Assembly: GCA_964621755.1 (NCBI GenBank)
Contig: CAZUPI010000003.1
Coordinates: 10,006-74,005, forward strand
Length of the DNA stretch: 64,000 bases
Direction: 5' to 3'
Source of the DNA: an uncultured Ruminococcus sp.
GTDB lineage: Bacteria; Bacillota; Clostridia; Oscillospirales; CAG-272
The first letter of the stretch is position 1, and every line of letters begins with the position of its first letter. Positions 18,656 to 28,296 of this stretch are shown here, one piece after another. The notes below the pieces were generated by a model, which did not search any database, was not told the origin of the DNA, and was given only the letters and a program-made list of their open reading frames with translations. Both the position numbers and the translations under genes were made by a program.

Positions 18656-19834
18656 TCATTTGTGATGAACCGCAGCTTCGAGCCTTGTGAGCGCTTCCTC
18701 TAGCGTGCGTGTGGTGCAGGCTAAAACGACCCGCTGGAACATTGCGGATTTCCTTCCGAAAATATGACCGGCATCCAGCCAAAGTCCTGCTTTGTTCACG
18801 ACAAGGTCGTTTAACTCCTTACGGTCCAGGTTCAGTCCGGAACAGTCCAACCAAGCAAAATAGGTTCCTTCTGGTTCGACGAGCTTGATTTCCGGGATTT
18901 TTTCCTGTAAAAATCTGCGCAGGAAGTCCAGATTGCCGCGAAGGTATTTCTTACACTGCGCGAGCCACTCCTCGCCGTTTGCGTATGCGGCCTCGGCTGC
19001 AACCAAGCCGAGAGAGTTGAGCTGGGAATACCCGCTGCGGTCAATTTCTTTTTGGAATTTCTGCCGTATTTTTTCGTTGGGTATCCAAATATTCGAAACC
19101 TGCAATCCGGCAAGGTTGAAGCTCTTGCTAGGGGCAGTACAGATGATGCACTGATTCTCCAGCTCCGGGCAGGCGGCGGCGAAAATCGTGTGCGGATGCT
19201 CCGGAAATGCAAAATCACAGTGAATTTCATCGGAAATCACGAAGATTCCGTATTTCGCGCAAATTTCCCCAACCCTTTGAAGCTCCTCTTTCGTCCAAAT
19301 ACGTCCAACAGGATTGTGCGGCGAACAGAGAATAAATAATTTTACATGATTGTCTTTGATTTTTGCCTCAAAATCGGCAAAATCAATCTCGTAGTGCCCG
19401 TCTTGATATAACAGCTCGTTTTCGACAAGATTACGGTCGTTGTCACGCACGACGGAGGAAAAAGGATAATACACCGGCGGTTGAATCAGTACGCTGTCAC
19501 TGGGCTCTGTCAAGGCACGAACTGCCATAGCCAGCGCATACACCACGCCCGGCGTTTTTACAAGCCATTCGGATTTTGTCTCCCAGTCGAAGTGCTTACT
19601 GAACCATTCGGCAACTGTCTGATAATACGAATCCTTTACCTCGCTGTAGCCGAAAATCCCGTGGTCGACAGCCTTATGTAAAGCGTCCAGCACCGGCTGT
19701 GATGTGGGGAAATCCATATCCGCTACCCATAACGGAAGCACATCGTCGGGATATCCCCGCTCTTTTGCAAAATCGTATTTTAGACTGTTGGTACCCAAAC
19801 GAGAGGGAACATCGTCGAAGTGATAATTTGCCAC
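18656..19834 (-). CDS. patB: PLP-dependent cystathionine beta-lyase, MalY/PatB family
   Basis: LPLWVADMDF, HGIFGY, LCSPHNPVGR, SDEIHCD, APSKSFNLAGL, EGTYFAWLD. Confidence 0.92.
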   Translation of the reverse strand: MANYHFDDVPSRLGTNSLKYDFAKERGYPDDVLPLWVADMDFPTSQPVLDALHKAVDHGIFGYSEVKDSYYQTVAEWFSKHFDWETKSEWLVKTPGVVYALAMAVRALTEPSDSVLIQPPVYYPFSSVVRDNDRNLVENELLYQDGHYEIDFADFEAKIKDNHVKLFILCSPHNPVGRIWTKEELQRVGEICAKYGIFVISDEIHCDFAFPEHPHTIFAAACPELENQCIICTAPSKSFNLAGLQVSNIWIPNEKIRQKFQKEIDRSGYSQLNSLGLVAAEAAYANGEEWLAQCKKYLRGNLDFLRRFLQEKIPEIKLVEPEGTYFAWLDCSGLNLDRKELNDLVVNKAGLWLDAGHIFGRKSAMFQRVVLACTTRTLEEALTRLEAAVHHK

Positions 19835-19838
19835 TTTA

Positions 19839-20996
19839 TTAATCCTCCAGCGCCTGTTTTAAATCGGAGATAATGTCATCTACATTCTCCAAACCTACGG
19901 ACAACCGCAGCAGCGTTTCGGTGATTCCAAGATGCTCGCGCATTTTCTGAGGCACATCGGGGTGAGTCTGAAGAGACGGGTAAGTGAGCAGAGACTCCGT
20001 CCCGCCAAGGCTCTCCGCAAAGGTGATGATTTTTACCTTTTCCAGAATTTGCAGAGCGGTTTCCGCACTGTCTGTATGGAAAGAAATCATGCTGCCAAAG
20101 CCGCTGGTCTGACTTGCGTTGATTTCATATCCGGGATGCTCCTTGAGTCCGGGATAGAATACTTTGGTGATTTGCGGCTGGGTAAGCAGCCAGTTTGCAA
20201 TTTTGAGCGCGTTTTCCTGCTGACGCTCCATACGCACGGCAAGAGTTTTGATTCCGCGCATGACAAGCCAGCTGTCAAAAGGAGCCAGCACGCCGCCTGT
20301 GGTTTTTGCAAGGAGACGAATTTTTGCAGCAAGCTCCGAATCTTTCAATGACAGAAATCCGGCGATAGTGTCATTGTGTCCGGACAGGAATTTGCTGCCG
20401 CTGTGAATTACGATATCCGCTCCCAGGGACAGCGGGTTCTGGAAATACGGTGAAAGGAATGTGTTATCCACGATTAACAGAGCTCCGTGCTCGTGCGCCA
20501 GCTTTGCGCAGCTGCGCAGGTCGGTGATATTCATCATCGGATTGCTCGGAGTTTCTACATAGATTGCTTTGGTGTTGGGAAGAATCGCATCAGCGAGGTT
20601 TTGCAGATTGGTGGTGTCCACATAGTCTATGCTCAAGCCGTTCTTTTTGCAGATCAGATTATGCAGACGGATGACGCCGCCGTACAAATCCTCCGAGCAA
20701 ATGATGTGGTCACCGGGAGAGAACAATTCAAAACAAGTGGTGATGGCCGCCATACCGGAAGAAAAGGCGGTTGTATCTACCGCGCCTTCCAGCGCGGAGA
20801 CGACTTCCTCCAGCCGCTGACGGGTGGGGTTGGATTCTCTCGTATAGTCGAAACCGCTTTCATTATGTCCCGGTTTAATATGGCTGAAAGAAGCCGTTTG
20901 ATAGATTGGAAAACTAATGGCACGGGTTTCCTCGCGCAGAGATGCGGAAGGATTGCCGTGAATACATCGGGTTTCAAATTGTTCTTTCATCGTCAA
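19839..20996 (-). CDS. metI: Cystathionine gamma-synthase / trans-sulfuration enzyme (MetI/MetB)
   Basis: PIYQTASF, YTRESNPTR, FSSGMAA, ETPSNP, VDNTF, HSGSKFLSGHND, AESLGG, LRLSVGLE; start TTG 20996 or ATG 20990. Confidence 0.88.
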   Translation of the reverse strand: MTMKEQFETRCIHGNPSASLREETRAISFPIYQTASFSHIKPGHNESGFDYTRESNPTRQRLEEVVSALEGAVDTTAFSSGMAAITTCFELFSPGDHIICSEDLYGGVIRLHNLICKKNGLSIDYVDTTNLQNLADAILPNTKAIYVETPSNPMMNITDLRSCAKLAHEHGALLIVDNTFLSPYFQNPLSLGADIVIHSGSKFLSGHNDTIAGFLSLKDSELAAKIRLLAKTTGGVLAPFDSWLVMRGIKTLAVRMERQQENALKIANWLLTQPQITKVFYPGLKEHPGYEINASQTSGFGSMISFHTDSAETALQILEKVKIITFAESLGGTESLLTYPSLQTHPDVPQKMREHLGITETLLRLSVGLENVDDIISDLKQALED

Positions 20997-21029
20997 TTTA
21001 CTCCTTGCGTTTATATACTTAGTATAACA

Positions 21030-21176
21030 TTATGTGAGCTGAGGGAGGGCGCTTTTGGGAAAAGCAGTGTCCCCTTCGTAAAAAATCTTTGAACTGTTGC
21101 AAGGGCCTGCGTTCCGTGCAATTTAATAATTTAACAAAGTGTGAGTTTAGCTCTCCTTAAAATCAATGCTCACCTT
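21030..21176. repeat. Decayed TIR/hairpin repeat material in the long metI leader
   Basis: TTATGTGAGCTGA, GGGCGCTTTTGGGAAAAGC..TCCCC, AAAAAATCTTT, GTGTGAGTTTAG and ATCAATGCTCACCTT resemble the repeat modules. Confidence 0.35.
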
Positions 21177-21280
21177 TGTAGGGCGGGCAGTAAAGCAGCG
21201 AGCAAGCTTTTGTAAAACTCCTATTTGTAACGCGCCTGTAGTTCTTTAGATTTGCTTTTTTTAACTCAATAGCTATACCA

Positions 21281-21348
21281 ATTATAATATAAAAGGAGCT
21301 ATTTGTCCAATAACATATAGATATAGTGGGGTATAGAATGAATCTATA
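21281..21348 (-). promoter_or_regulatory. Sigma-A promoter (TGGACA-17-TATAAT) with MtaR-type box TATAG-N7-CTATA
   Basis: -10 at 21281-21286, -35 at 21304-21309, box TATAGAATGAATCTATA at 21332-21348. Confidence 0.8.
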
Positions 21349-21353
21349 GTCTT

Positions 21354-22292
21354 TTAGGATTCGCTTTTCCCAACATATTGCTTGAGGTATGTTTGAATCT
21401 CGTTGATGTAAAGTTCGCCAAGTCGGCTGAGCTGCATATTCTTTTTCTGGATATACCCGATTTCCATTATGTCATTTTGATTGTCTCCATCCGCTTCGAA
21501 GGGGACGGCGGCGTAGTCTGTGCCGTTCAGCTCCTCGCAGATGATGCCGGAGCAGAGGGTATATCCGTTCAGACCAATCATCAGATTCAGCATCGTAGCA
21601 CGGTCGTTGGCTTTAATGATGCGGGGATATTCGTTGGTACTGAGGATTTCTTCTGCGTAATAAAAAGAGCCGCTTTCTCCCTGCTCAAAGGAGAGACATG
21701 GATAATCCGCCAATTGTGAAAAACGAATGGATTGGCAGTTTGCCAGCGGATGACCTTTCCAGAGATATACATAGGCATCGCAGGTGGTCAGCCTATGAAA
21801 CTCCAGACCGTTGGAATGGAGCATTTTGGTGATAATCTTTCGGTTGAACTCGCTTAAATAAATGATGCCGAGTTCACTTCTTGAGGTATTGACATCTTCT
21901 ATGACCTCTCGCGTTTTGGTTTCGCGGATTGCAAATTCATATTCCGCCGTATCAAATTTTTTCACCAGCTCCACAAAGCTCTTTACAGCGAAAGAATAGT
22001 GCTGCGTGGAAATGCCGAATTTCTTTTTCAGGGTGCCGTTCTTTCCGTACTTGTCCAAAAGAAATTCATACTGCTGATATAACTGGCGGGCATAGGAGAT
22101 AAACTCAATGCCGTCGTTGGTGAGCGTCACACCTTTTCCGCTGCGATAAAATATCACAATGCCAAGCTCTTTTTCCAACTCCTTAATCGCGCTGGTCAGC
22201 GACGGCTGAGCAATGTATAAAATTTCAGAGGCTTTATTGAGAGAGCCCATTTCAGAGATTGTGATTACATAATGAAGCTGTTGCAATGTCAT
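21354..22292 (-). CDS. mtaR: LysR-family regulator, MtaR/CpsY-like (methionine regulon activator)
   Basis: MTLQQLHY...QPSLT HTH; STQHYSF, IRETKT.EVIEDV, SELGIIYL and SFEQG motifs as in streptococcal MtaR; adjacent to metI-patB. Confidence 0.8.
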   Translation of the reverse strand: MTLQQLHYVITISEMGSLNKASEILYIAQPSLTSAIKELEKELGIVIFYRSGKGVTLTNDGIEFISYARQLYQQYEFLLDKYGKNGTLKKKFGISTQHYSFAVKSFVELVKKFDTAEYEFAIRETKTREVIEDVNTSRSELGIIYLSEFNRKIITKMLHSNGLEFHRLTTCDAYVYLWKGHPLANCQSIRFSQLADYPCLSFEQGESGSFYYAEEILSTNEYPRIIKANDRATMLNLMIGLNGYTLCSGIICEELNGTDYAAVPFEADGDNQNDIMEIGYIQKKNMQLSRLGELYINEIQTYLKQYVGKSES

Positions 22293-22384
22293 GATTGTTC
22301 TCCTTATTTTCAGTATGAGGGAATCGCGCGGCGTCCCTACGGGCAGCGTGGGCAATATTTTCAACCGATTAATCCTATGTGTTC

Positions 22385-22427
22385 TATAGGTTTTTTGTAT
22401 TATAGCGCAAAAGTGCGTTTTTGTCAA
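22385..22427 (-). promoter_or_regulatory. mtaR promoter TTGACA-17-TATAAT with an overlapping degenerate box (likely autorepression)
   Basis: -35 22422-22427, -10 22399-22404; TATAG-N7-GTATT at 22385-22401. Confidence 0.6.
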
Positions 22428-22530
22428 TAGACTGTTTCCATTGCCGCAGGATACAGCGTATCTTTTTTCGAGAAGGGAGCGAGGGGAGACCGGCGGGATA
22501 CCTTTCTCTAAAATTGTGGTAAAAAATCCC

Positions 22531-22627
22531 ATTGATAAATAATTAAATAATATTGATAAATAATATTCTAAAATTACGAATAAATTCTCATTTACCTATT
22601 GCAATTGGCCGCTAACCGTGATATAAT
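22531..22627 (+). promoter_or_regulatory. 13-bp direct repeat (21-bp period) plus promoter TTGCAA-17-TATAAT of the M14 peptidase gene
   Basis: ATTGATAAATAAT at 22531 and 22552; -35 22599-22604; -10 22622-22627. Confidence 0.6.
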
Positions 22628-22689
22628 TTACGTTACGCGGATGAAAAATTTTACATCCTGGATATACATCATGAAAGGGAGTACATGCA

Positions 22690-25600
22690 ATGACTCATAA
22701 CACAAACGCGAGTAAGAAGTCGCTGGCCGCACTGCTTATCCTCGCACTCGCACTTCAGTTGATGCCCGCTGTGGTATCGGCAGAAGAGGAAGCGGCTGAG
22801 GCTGCAGTTGAAACTCCAGCTGCTGCTATATTCGAAAATGTTTCGGAAAATGGGGAGGATATGATTTCTCTTTCCGAAGCACGCGAATACAAGGCGATGA
22901 TTCCTGTTGATGGTGATGTTGATATCACCGCTGTTGAATGGACCTTAACCAGAAACGAAGAAAAGCCTTATAACGACGCTGAAAAGTATCCGAACCAGAT
23001 GATGGGCGGTGCTCTTACCGAATGGGTGGCAAGCAACGGAGAAGCATTCTTCAGCGAAGTCACCACCACTATCGAAAATATCGACGGTCAGAATTATGTT
23101 GTCGCACAGTTCAGCAATGATTCGTATTTCTACGGCAGAGACGGCAGCCCGGACTATAGTGCGCCCCACGCAAACGGCGGTTCCTACCTTGACGCCTGCG
23201 GCTGGTTCACTCTGACCGCTTCCGTTGACGGCGAGATTCTCGGCAGCGTAGAGGTTAAGATTACCCCTTACGACGACTTCCATACCATGACGGAAATTTA
23301 TGACGAAGTCGATGCTATGGTTGACTATGCCGCAGAAAATACCAGCCTTTACGCAGAACGCTTCTCCATGGGTACATCCTCTGGTGAAATCTATGAGCCC
23401 ATGGATATGCCTTACATCATCGTTGCAGACGACGCCTCCTCCGTATCGGCGTGGCTTGCTTTTACCGAACAGGCGGAATCCAACCCCACTCAGACCCTCG
23501 CGGACATGGAAGCCGGCGTATATGACGACCTCCGTGTTCCCGTTATGTTCTCCAACATTCACGCAAACGAAGTGGCAGCCGTTGACGGTATCATCGACTT
23601 CGGTTGGATGCTTCTTGAGGCAGCAGCCGGCGACGGTGTTCTTACCTACAACAAGCTGACCGGCCTTACAGCTGAAGGGGAAGCACAGCTAGCTGCTGAA
23701 ATGGAAGAGCAGGGCATGAATGTGCCGGACCTCATTGCTGATATGACGGAATACCTTGGCTTTATCAAGGCCGGCAACAGCGCATCCGGCATCGTTGACC
23801 TCGATAAGTATTACGAACAGGAAGAAATTACGGTTAACGTAAGCGAAATGCTTGAAGATGTATTCTTTATCCTCGTTCCCGAAGAAAACGTAGAAGGCCG
23901 CGAATATGTGACCCGTTACGCATCTACCGGTTACGACCTCAACCGTGATAACTCCTTCCAGACCACCGCGGAAACGCAGAATATGCAGAAGCTCATCGGT
24001 ACCTTCAACCCGGTTTCCCTGACCGAGTTCCACGGTCGTGTCAGCACATTCCAGTGCGAGCCCTGCGACCCGCCGCATGAGCCTAACTTCGAGTATGACC
24101 TCCTCGCTGAACACTTGATATACGGCGGTGAAGCGCTGGGTATCGCGGCTGTAGCAAACAACGATACATATAACAGCTACGTTATCCCGCAGCGCGACTA
24201 CCTCTACTCTACAACAGATGAAGAGGGCAACGTAGTTCCTTATTGGGAACCATGGGACGATATGTCCACCTCTTATACTCCTCAGTTTGCTATGCTCCAT
24301 GGCACAGTCTCTTACACCGTTGAGCTCCCCGGATATAATGACGCTGGCGCCGCTCTCGTTCAGTATGGCTGCCTTGGCCAGTCCAATTATATAGCAGGCG
24401 AAAAGCTCGGTTATCTGACCGCTCAGGTTAAGATTTTCGAACGCGGTGTGACCAACGCCAATTCCGACGCATATGAGCTCGTAGGTCAGTGGTTCACCGA
24501 CCAGTATGACAACGAAGGCGCTGAAATGGAGCTCTTCCGCCCTGAGTACGACGGCGAAGGCCAGAACGGCAACTTCTATCCCGAATGCTACATCATCCCG
24601 CTGGACGCTGTAAACCAGACCAACCTTCAGGCTGCCAACGACATGATGGAATGGCTCTCCCGCAACGACGTTAAGATTCTTGTTACCGAATCTGAAGTAG
24701 AATATGACGGCGTTACCTATCCCGCAGGCACAATGATCATCTCTATGTACCAGGCAAAGCGTTCTGTAGCAAACGGCGCTCTTTATGATGGTACTCTCAT
24801 CCAGCAGTGGACTGACCTCTATTCCGAAGGCGTCACAACATTTGGTGAGACCCGCGGCTTTGACGTTGTTGTTGTTGCAGAACCCGCAGCATACGAAGCG
24901 ATTGCAGCAGTATGCGGCGATTGGATGGATTATGAGGATTGCCTCGCATACCTCGCCGACGTGACTTCCGCATTTGACGGCAAGACCGGAGACCAGGTAA
25001 TCATCTCCAACGCATCCGAAGACTCCACCGCAGCTGTGAATGCGCTCCTCAAGGCGGGGGAAACAGTCGCTATGGTAACAGACGAAACAAGCGAATATTA
25101 TGCTGACTTCGTATGTTCCTACGACGCATGGCTCACCGTAGCAGACGAATATATCCTGACCGGTACCGGAATCTCTTATGACGAAGTTCCCACCGCTCAG
25201 ATTATCACAAAGGCTCCTACCGTTTATATCACCGGCGAAACTTCTGCTGAGAGCGAGTCCGGCTTTGTATACACCGCACGTGTTACAAATCAAAACTGGA
25301 ACTATGACCGCCTTGCTATGGAACTGATGAACTTTGACGTGACCAGCGATGTTCTCGCAGCTGACGCCATTGTTGGCGCAAGCGCTCCGTCAGAAGACGC
25401 AATCGCAGCCATCAAAACCGGCACACCTTATATAGGCTACAGCTCCAAGGGCGGCCAGGGCGGCGGCGTCCTCGGCGATATGCTCGTTCGTGACTCCGCA
25501 TATGGTATGGACTGTCTCGCATACGTTACATATCCTACCACAAGCCTTGTAAACGCAAGCTACATCATGGACGGTGACGATGTTCTCTACGGTTACGGTG

Positions 25601-26049
25601 TAGGCTATTACAGCGTAATACCGGAAGGTGCAGCCGTTCTTGTTCAGATGGACGGCGCTCGTGAACCCACTGAAGGCTTTATCCAGTCAATCACAGAAGA
25701 ACAGGCAGCTGCATGCGAAGCATACCTGAATGATTCGGTACAGGGTATCGCATATAACGGCACAGACGCAGAGGGCAACCTTGTAAACATGGTACTCTTT
25801 GCAAACTCCCTCACCAATAAGATTCACCAGCGTGATGAATATGCCTACATCAGCAACTTTATCTTCTCTAATCTTCTCGGTGATGCTTACGTAGCTGAGG
25901 CGCCTGTGGTTGAAGAAACTGTTGAGGTTGAAGAAGAAACTGTTGAGGTTGAAGAAGAAGCTGTCGAAGTTGAAGTTGAAGAAACCGTTGTCTTCAGCAT
26001 TCCTGATCCCCACATTCTTCACTTCGTTAATAAGGCTTTGGATAAATAA
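22690..26049 (+). CDS. Secreted M14 zinc carboxypeptidase-family protein with Glu/Val-rich C-terminal repeats
   Basis: Signal peptide; SNIHANE (HxxE), DLNRD and EFHG motifs; very acidic. Confidence 0.85.
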   Translation: MTHNTNASKKSLAALLILALALQLMPAVVSAEEEAAEAAVETPAAAIFENVSENGEDMISLSEAREYKAMIPVDGDVDITAVEWTLTRNEEKPYNDAEKYPNQMMGGALTEWVASNGEAFFSEVTTTIENIDGQNYVVAQFSNDSYFYGRDGSPDYSAPHANGGSYLDACGWFTLTASVDGEILGSVEVKITPYDDFHTMTEIYDEVDAMVDYAAENTSLYAERFSMGTSSGEIYEPMDMPYIIVADDASSVSAWLAFTEQAESNPTQTLADMEAGVYDDLRVPVMFSNIHANEVAAVDGIIDFGWMLLEAAAGDGVLTYNKLTGLTAEGEAQLAAEMEEQGMNVPDLIADMTEYLGFIKAGNSASGIVDLDKYYEQEEITVNVSEMLEDVFFILVPEENVEGREYVTRYASTGYDLNRDNSFQTTAETQNMQKLIGTFNPVSLTEFHGRVSTFQCEPCDPPHEPNFEYDLLAEHLIYGGEALGIAAVANNDTYNSYVIPQRDYLYSTTDEEGNVVPYWEPWDDMSTSYTPQFAMLHGTVSYTVELPGYNDAGAALVQYGCLGQSNYIAGEKLGYLTAQVKIFERGVTNANSDAYELVGQWFTDQYDNEGAEMELFRPEYDGEGQNGNFYPECYIIPLDAVNQTNLQAANDMMEWLSRNDVKILVTESEVEYDGVTYPAGTMIISMYQAKRSVANGALYDGTLIQQWTDLYSEGVTTFGETRGFDVVVVAEPAAYEAIAAVCGDWMDYEDCLAYLADVTSAFDGKTGDQVIISNASEDSTAAVNALLKAGETVAMVTDETSEYYADFVCSYDAWLTVADEYILTGTGISYDEVPTAQIITKAPTVYITGETSAESESGFVYTARVTNQNWNYDRLAMELMNFDVTSDVLAADAIVGASAPSEDAIAAIKTGTPYIGYSSKGGQGGGVLGDMLVRDSAYGMDCLAYVTYPTTSLVNASYIMDGDDVLYGYGVGYYSVIPEGAAVLVQMDGAREPTEGFIQSITEEQAAACEAYLNDSVQGIAYNGTDAEGNLVNMVLFANSLTNKIHQRDEYAYISNFIFSNLLGDAYVAEAPVVEETVEVEEETVEVEEEAVEVEVEETVVFSIPDPHILHFVNKALDK
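25909..25990 (+). repeat. Intragenic ~21-bp tandem repeat (EETVEVE x ~3-4)
   Basis: GTTGAAGAA(GAA)ACTGTTGAG units. Confidence 0.8.
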
Positions 26050-26088
26050 TCATTCTTACGAAGTTATTCCATAGAGAATTCGATAAGA

Positions 26089-26119
26089 AAAACGTCCTCT
26101 TTCAGAAAGAGGACGTTTT
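26089..26119. terminator. Bidirectional terminator between convergent genes
   Basis: AAAACGTCCTCTTTC-A-GAAAGAGGACGTTTT perfect inverted repeat. Confidence 0.85.
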
Positions 26120-26139
26120 CTTTATATATCAAGCTGTCT

Positions 26140-27030
26140 TTACCAAATTTTTTCAGTTTCATCCGCTGTAGGTCCGTGGACGACAAGAACATCCTCTCCG
26201 TTTTCACGGGGTACAAATTCTGCCCAGTCTACGCATGTCATGCGCGGATGAATTTCCGTCAGACTCCGGTGACAATGGTATACGCAAATCAGGCGGCTGC
26301 CATCCTTTGACGTAGTAAAACTGTGGTGCCCTGTACCGTATACGCGCTCTGATTTATGTAGAATGGGATTGCCCTCGTATTTGCGAAACGGCCCCAAAGG
26401 AGAGTCGGAAACCGCATAACCGATGGCGTAATCCGGACTGCGGTAGTGGTTAGCAGAGTAGGTCAGGTAGTATTTTCCCCCATGTTTCAGCACAAATGGA
26501 CCCTCTGTCACAAGACAGTCGCGTGTTTCCTAGTCCTCTTCCGCTTGAATAAGACGTACTTCCGCCGCCTCATCCATCGAGAGCATGTCGCCGCTCATTT
26601 TTGTTCCGTAGATTACGTTGCCGCCGTCAAAGCGTACGTAGTACAAATATACCTGCCCGTCGTCGTCCACGAAAAAGTGCCCGTCGATGCCGTTGCGCCG
26701 GCTGAGCCATTTTTTCGTCTCCTGCTTGAAAGGACCGAGTGGACTGTCAGATACTGCGACGCCGAGGTGCTCTTCGGAAGAGTACACCATGTAGAATTTT
26801 CCATTCAAATACGTAACCTCAGGCGCCCAGAACCACTTTTCCCCCATTACCTCTTCTTTCCGCAGGCAGTAGCCACGATTCACCCAGTCCTTCAGGTTAT
26901 CGGATTCGAAAACCTCATACCCGTCACGAGCGTTTGTGGAGTAGAGGTGATATTTTCCGTCATGGAGCAGCACGAATGGGTCAGCGCCTTCGCATACGGG
27001 ATTACAGTACGTTTCACGATAGTTTTCCAT
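26140..27030 (-). pseudogene. GH43 glycoside hydrolase interrupted by an in-frame TAG at 26530-26532
   Basis: GADPF, WAPEV, GIDG and EGPF catalytic motifs; both ORFs in the same frame: ...QAEED*ETRDCLVTEGPF. Confidence 0.88.
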
Positions 27031-27169
27031 AAGCAATCTCCTTTTGCACTATTAAAGTTATCAATATTATACATTCTCTTTCCTAAGTGTTATTAGTATG
27101 TTAATTTCAAAAATATTTTTCATGTGGTACAGGCGATCTGCATAATCTTAAGGACGACCCACCTGAGCT

Positions 27170-27388
27170 GTGGGATACAATTGCCATGCCGATGTAGAAG
27201 GAGCCAAGCAGATGGTTGAAGATACGTATGGAGGGAACGCCGTATGGCAATCCCTGCGTGCAGTGCAGGAGGGCAGGATATATTATTTGGAAAAAATACT
27301 TTTCCACAACAAGCCCAACAGCCGTTTTGGTGAAGCTTACCTGAAGCTGGCAGAGATTTTGTATCCGGATATAAATTTAGCTGAATAA
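27170..27388 (+). pseudogene. C-terminal fragment of an iron-siderophore/cobalamin ABC substrate-binding protein
   Basis: WQSLRAVQEGRIYYL...KPNSRFGEAYLKLAEILYP, a typical BtuF/FhuD-like C-terminus; no N-terminal part or RBS. Confidence 0.7.
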
Positions 27389-27440
27389 ATTGAGAAGACA
27401 GCAGCCGCTGCAGCGAGTCCATATCTTTTTTCACCCAGAT

Positions 27441-27493
27441 AAAAAGGTTTGGCGGGGGCTCTGGGGGAACCTTTCCTAAAAAGGTTCCCCCAG
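27441..27493. repeat. Intergenic hairpin repeat, well preserved copy
   Basis: AAAAAGGTTTGG..CTGGGGGAACCTTT-CCTAA-AAAGGTTCCCCCAG (14-bp perfect stem). Confidence 0.75.
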
Positions 27494-27594
27494 TTTATTT
27501 TTCCTCAACGTCCGCCCTGTTTGTCAATTAATCATTGCTCGACAAAACGGGGAAAATATGCTATCCTAATTTTTACAGAAAGGCGGTATAACTC

Positions 27595-28296
27595 ATGTTT
27601 GATACCAAAAAATTCGGCGGATTCTTATCCCAGCTGCGAAAAAAAGCTGATATGACACAAGTCGAGCTTGCCGACCGGCTGAATCTGACCCGGCAGGCAG
27701 TTTCCCGATATGAGCACGGCGACAGCTTTCCCGACGTCTCTATCCTCATTTTGATTGCGGATATCTTCCATATTTCTCTCGATGAGCTCATCAGCTCCGG
27801 GGAGCCCACGCGTGGAGAATCCCAAATTCTCAAGGGTGTGGCTGTGGGCAGCGAGAACATCGCGGCGGATAACATTGAGGATATCGTGAACCTCGCCCCT
27901 TTTTTAAAGCCCAGTGTATTGACCAGACTTTCCTCCGGTTTGTCCGCACAGGGGATTGATATCTCCAATGTGGTTGCGCTTGCGGAATATCTGAACGACG
28001 ACAGCGTGATTGAAATGCTGGAAAACGCAAAATTTGAGACCATAAGCCCGGAACTGATAGAAAAGCTCATGCCGCTGCTCGACGGCAAATCGAAATCTAC
28101 CATTTTCCAAAAAATTTTAATCGGAGAAATGGACTGGCATTTTCTTCGACCGATGCTGCTGTACACGGAGGATGACCTGCGTAGTCAAATTGAAGCCGCT
28201 GTCGTGGAAGGCGCTTTGCCGTGGGATGCGCTTGATTTAATGCGGGAAGCATGGAAGGATGTGTGGGAACGGCAGAGAAAGAACGGCGAGTTATGA
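27595..28296 (+). CDS. XRE-family HTH regulator with helical C-terminal domain
   Basis: LRKKADMTQVELADRLNLTRQAVSRYEHG.SFPD; ATGA-coupled to the next gene. Confidence 0.9.
   Translation: MFDTKKFGGFLSQLRKKADMTQVELADRLNLTRQAVSRYEHGDSFPDVSILILIADIFHISLDELISSGEPTRGESQILKGVAVGSENIAADNIEDIVNLAPFLKPSVLTRLSSGLSAQGIDISNVVALAEYLNDDSVIEMLENAKFETISPELIEKLMPLLDGKSKSTIFQKILIGEMDWHFLRPMLLYTEDDLRSQIEAAVVEGALPWDALDLMREAWKDVWERQRKNGEL

Noticed and set aside
21000-21275. SAM-I riboswitch or Met T-box in the long metI leader
   Set aside because: No SAM-I core or T-box (AAGGTGGTACC-like) motif seen; the leader looks like decayed repeat DNA and regulation is explained by the LysR box
22561-22576. CodY box upstream of the M14 peptidase
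   Set aside because: About four mismatches in very AT-rich DNA; not distinguishable from background
23689-25293. 534-aa antisense ORF inside the M14 peptidase
   Set aside because: Mirror-frame shadow caused by strong codon bias of the sense gene; no RBS or recognisable motifs
25909-25990. CRISPR-like array
   Set aside because: In-frame coding tandem repeat without unique spacers; no cas genes
26530-26532. Stop-codon reassignment or pyrrolysine
   Set aside because: Single case at an expected Trp; TAG is used as a normal stop in truA; no pyl genes in the window
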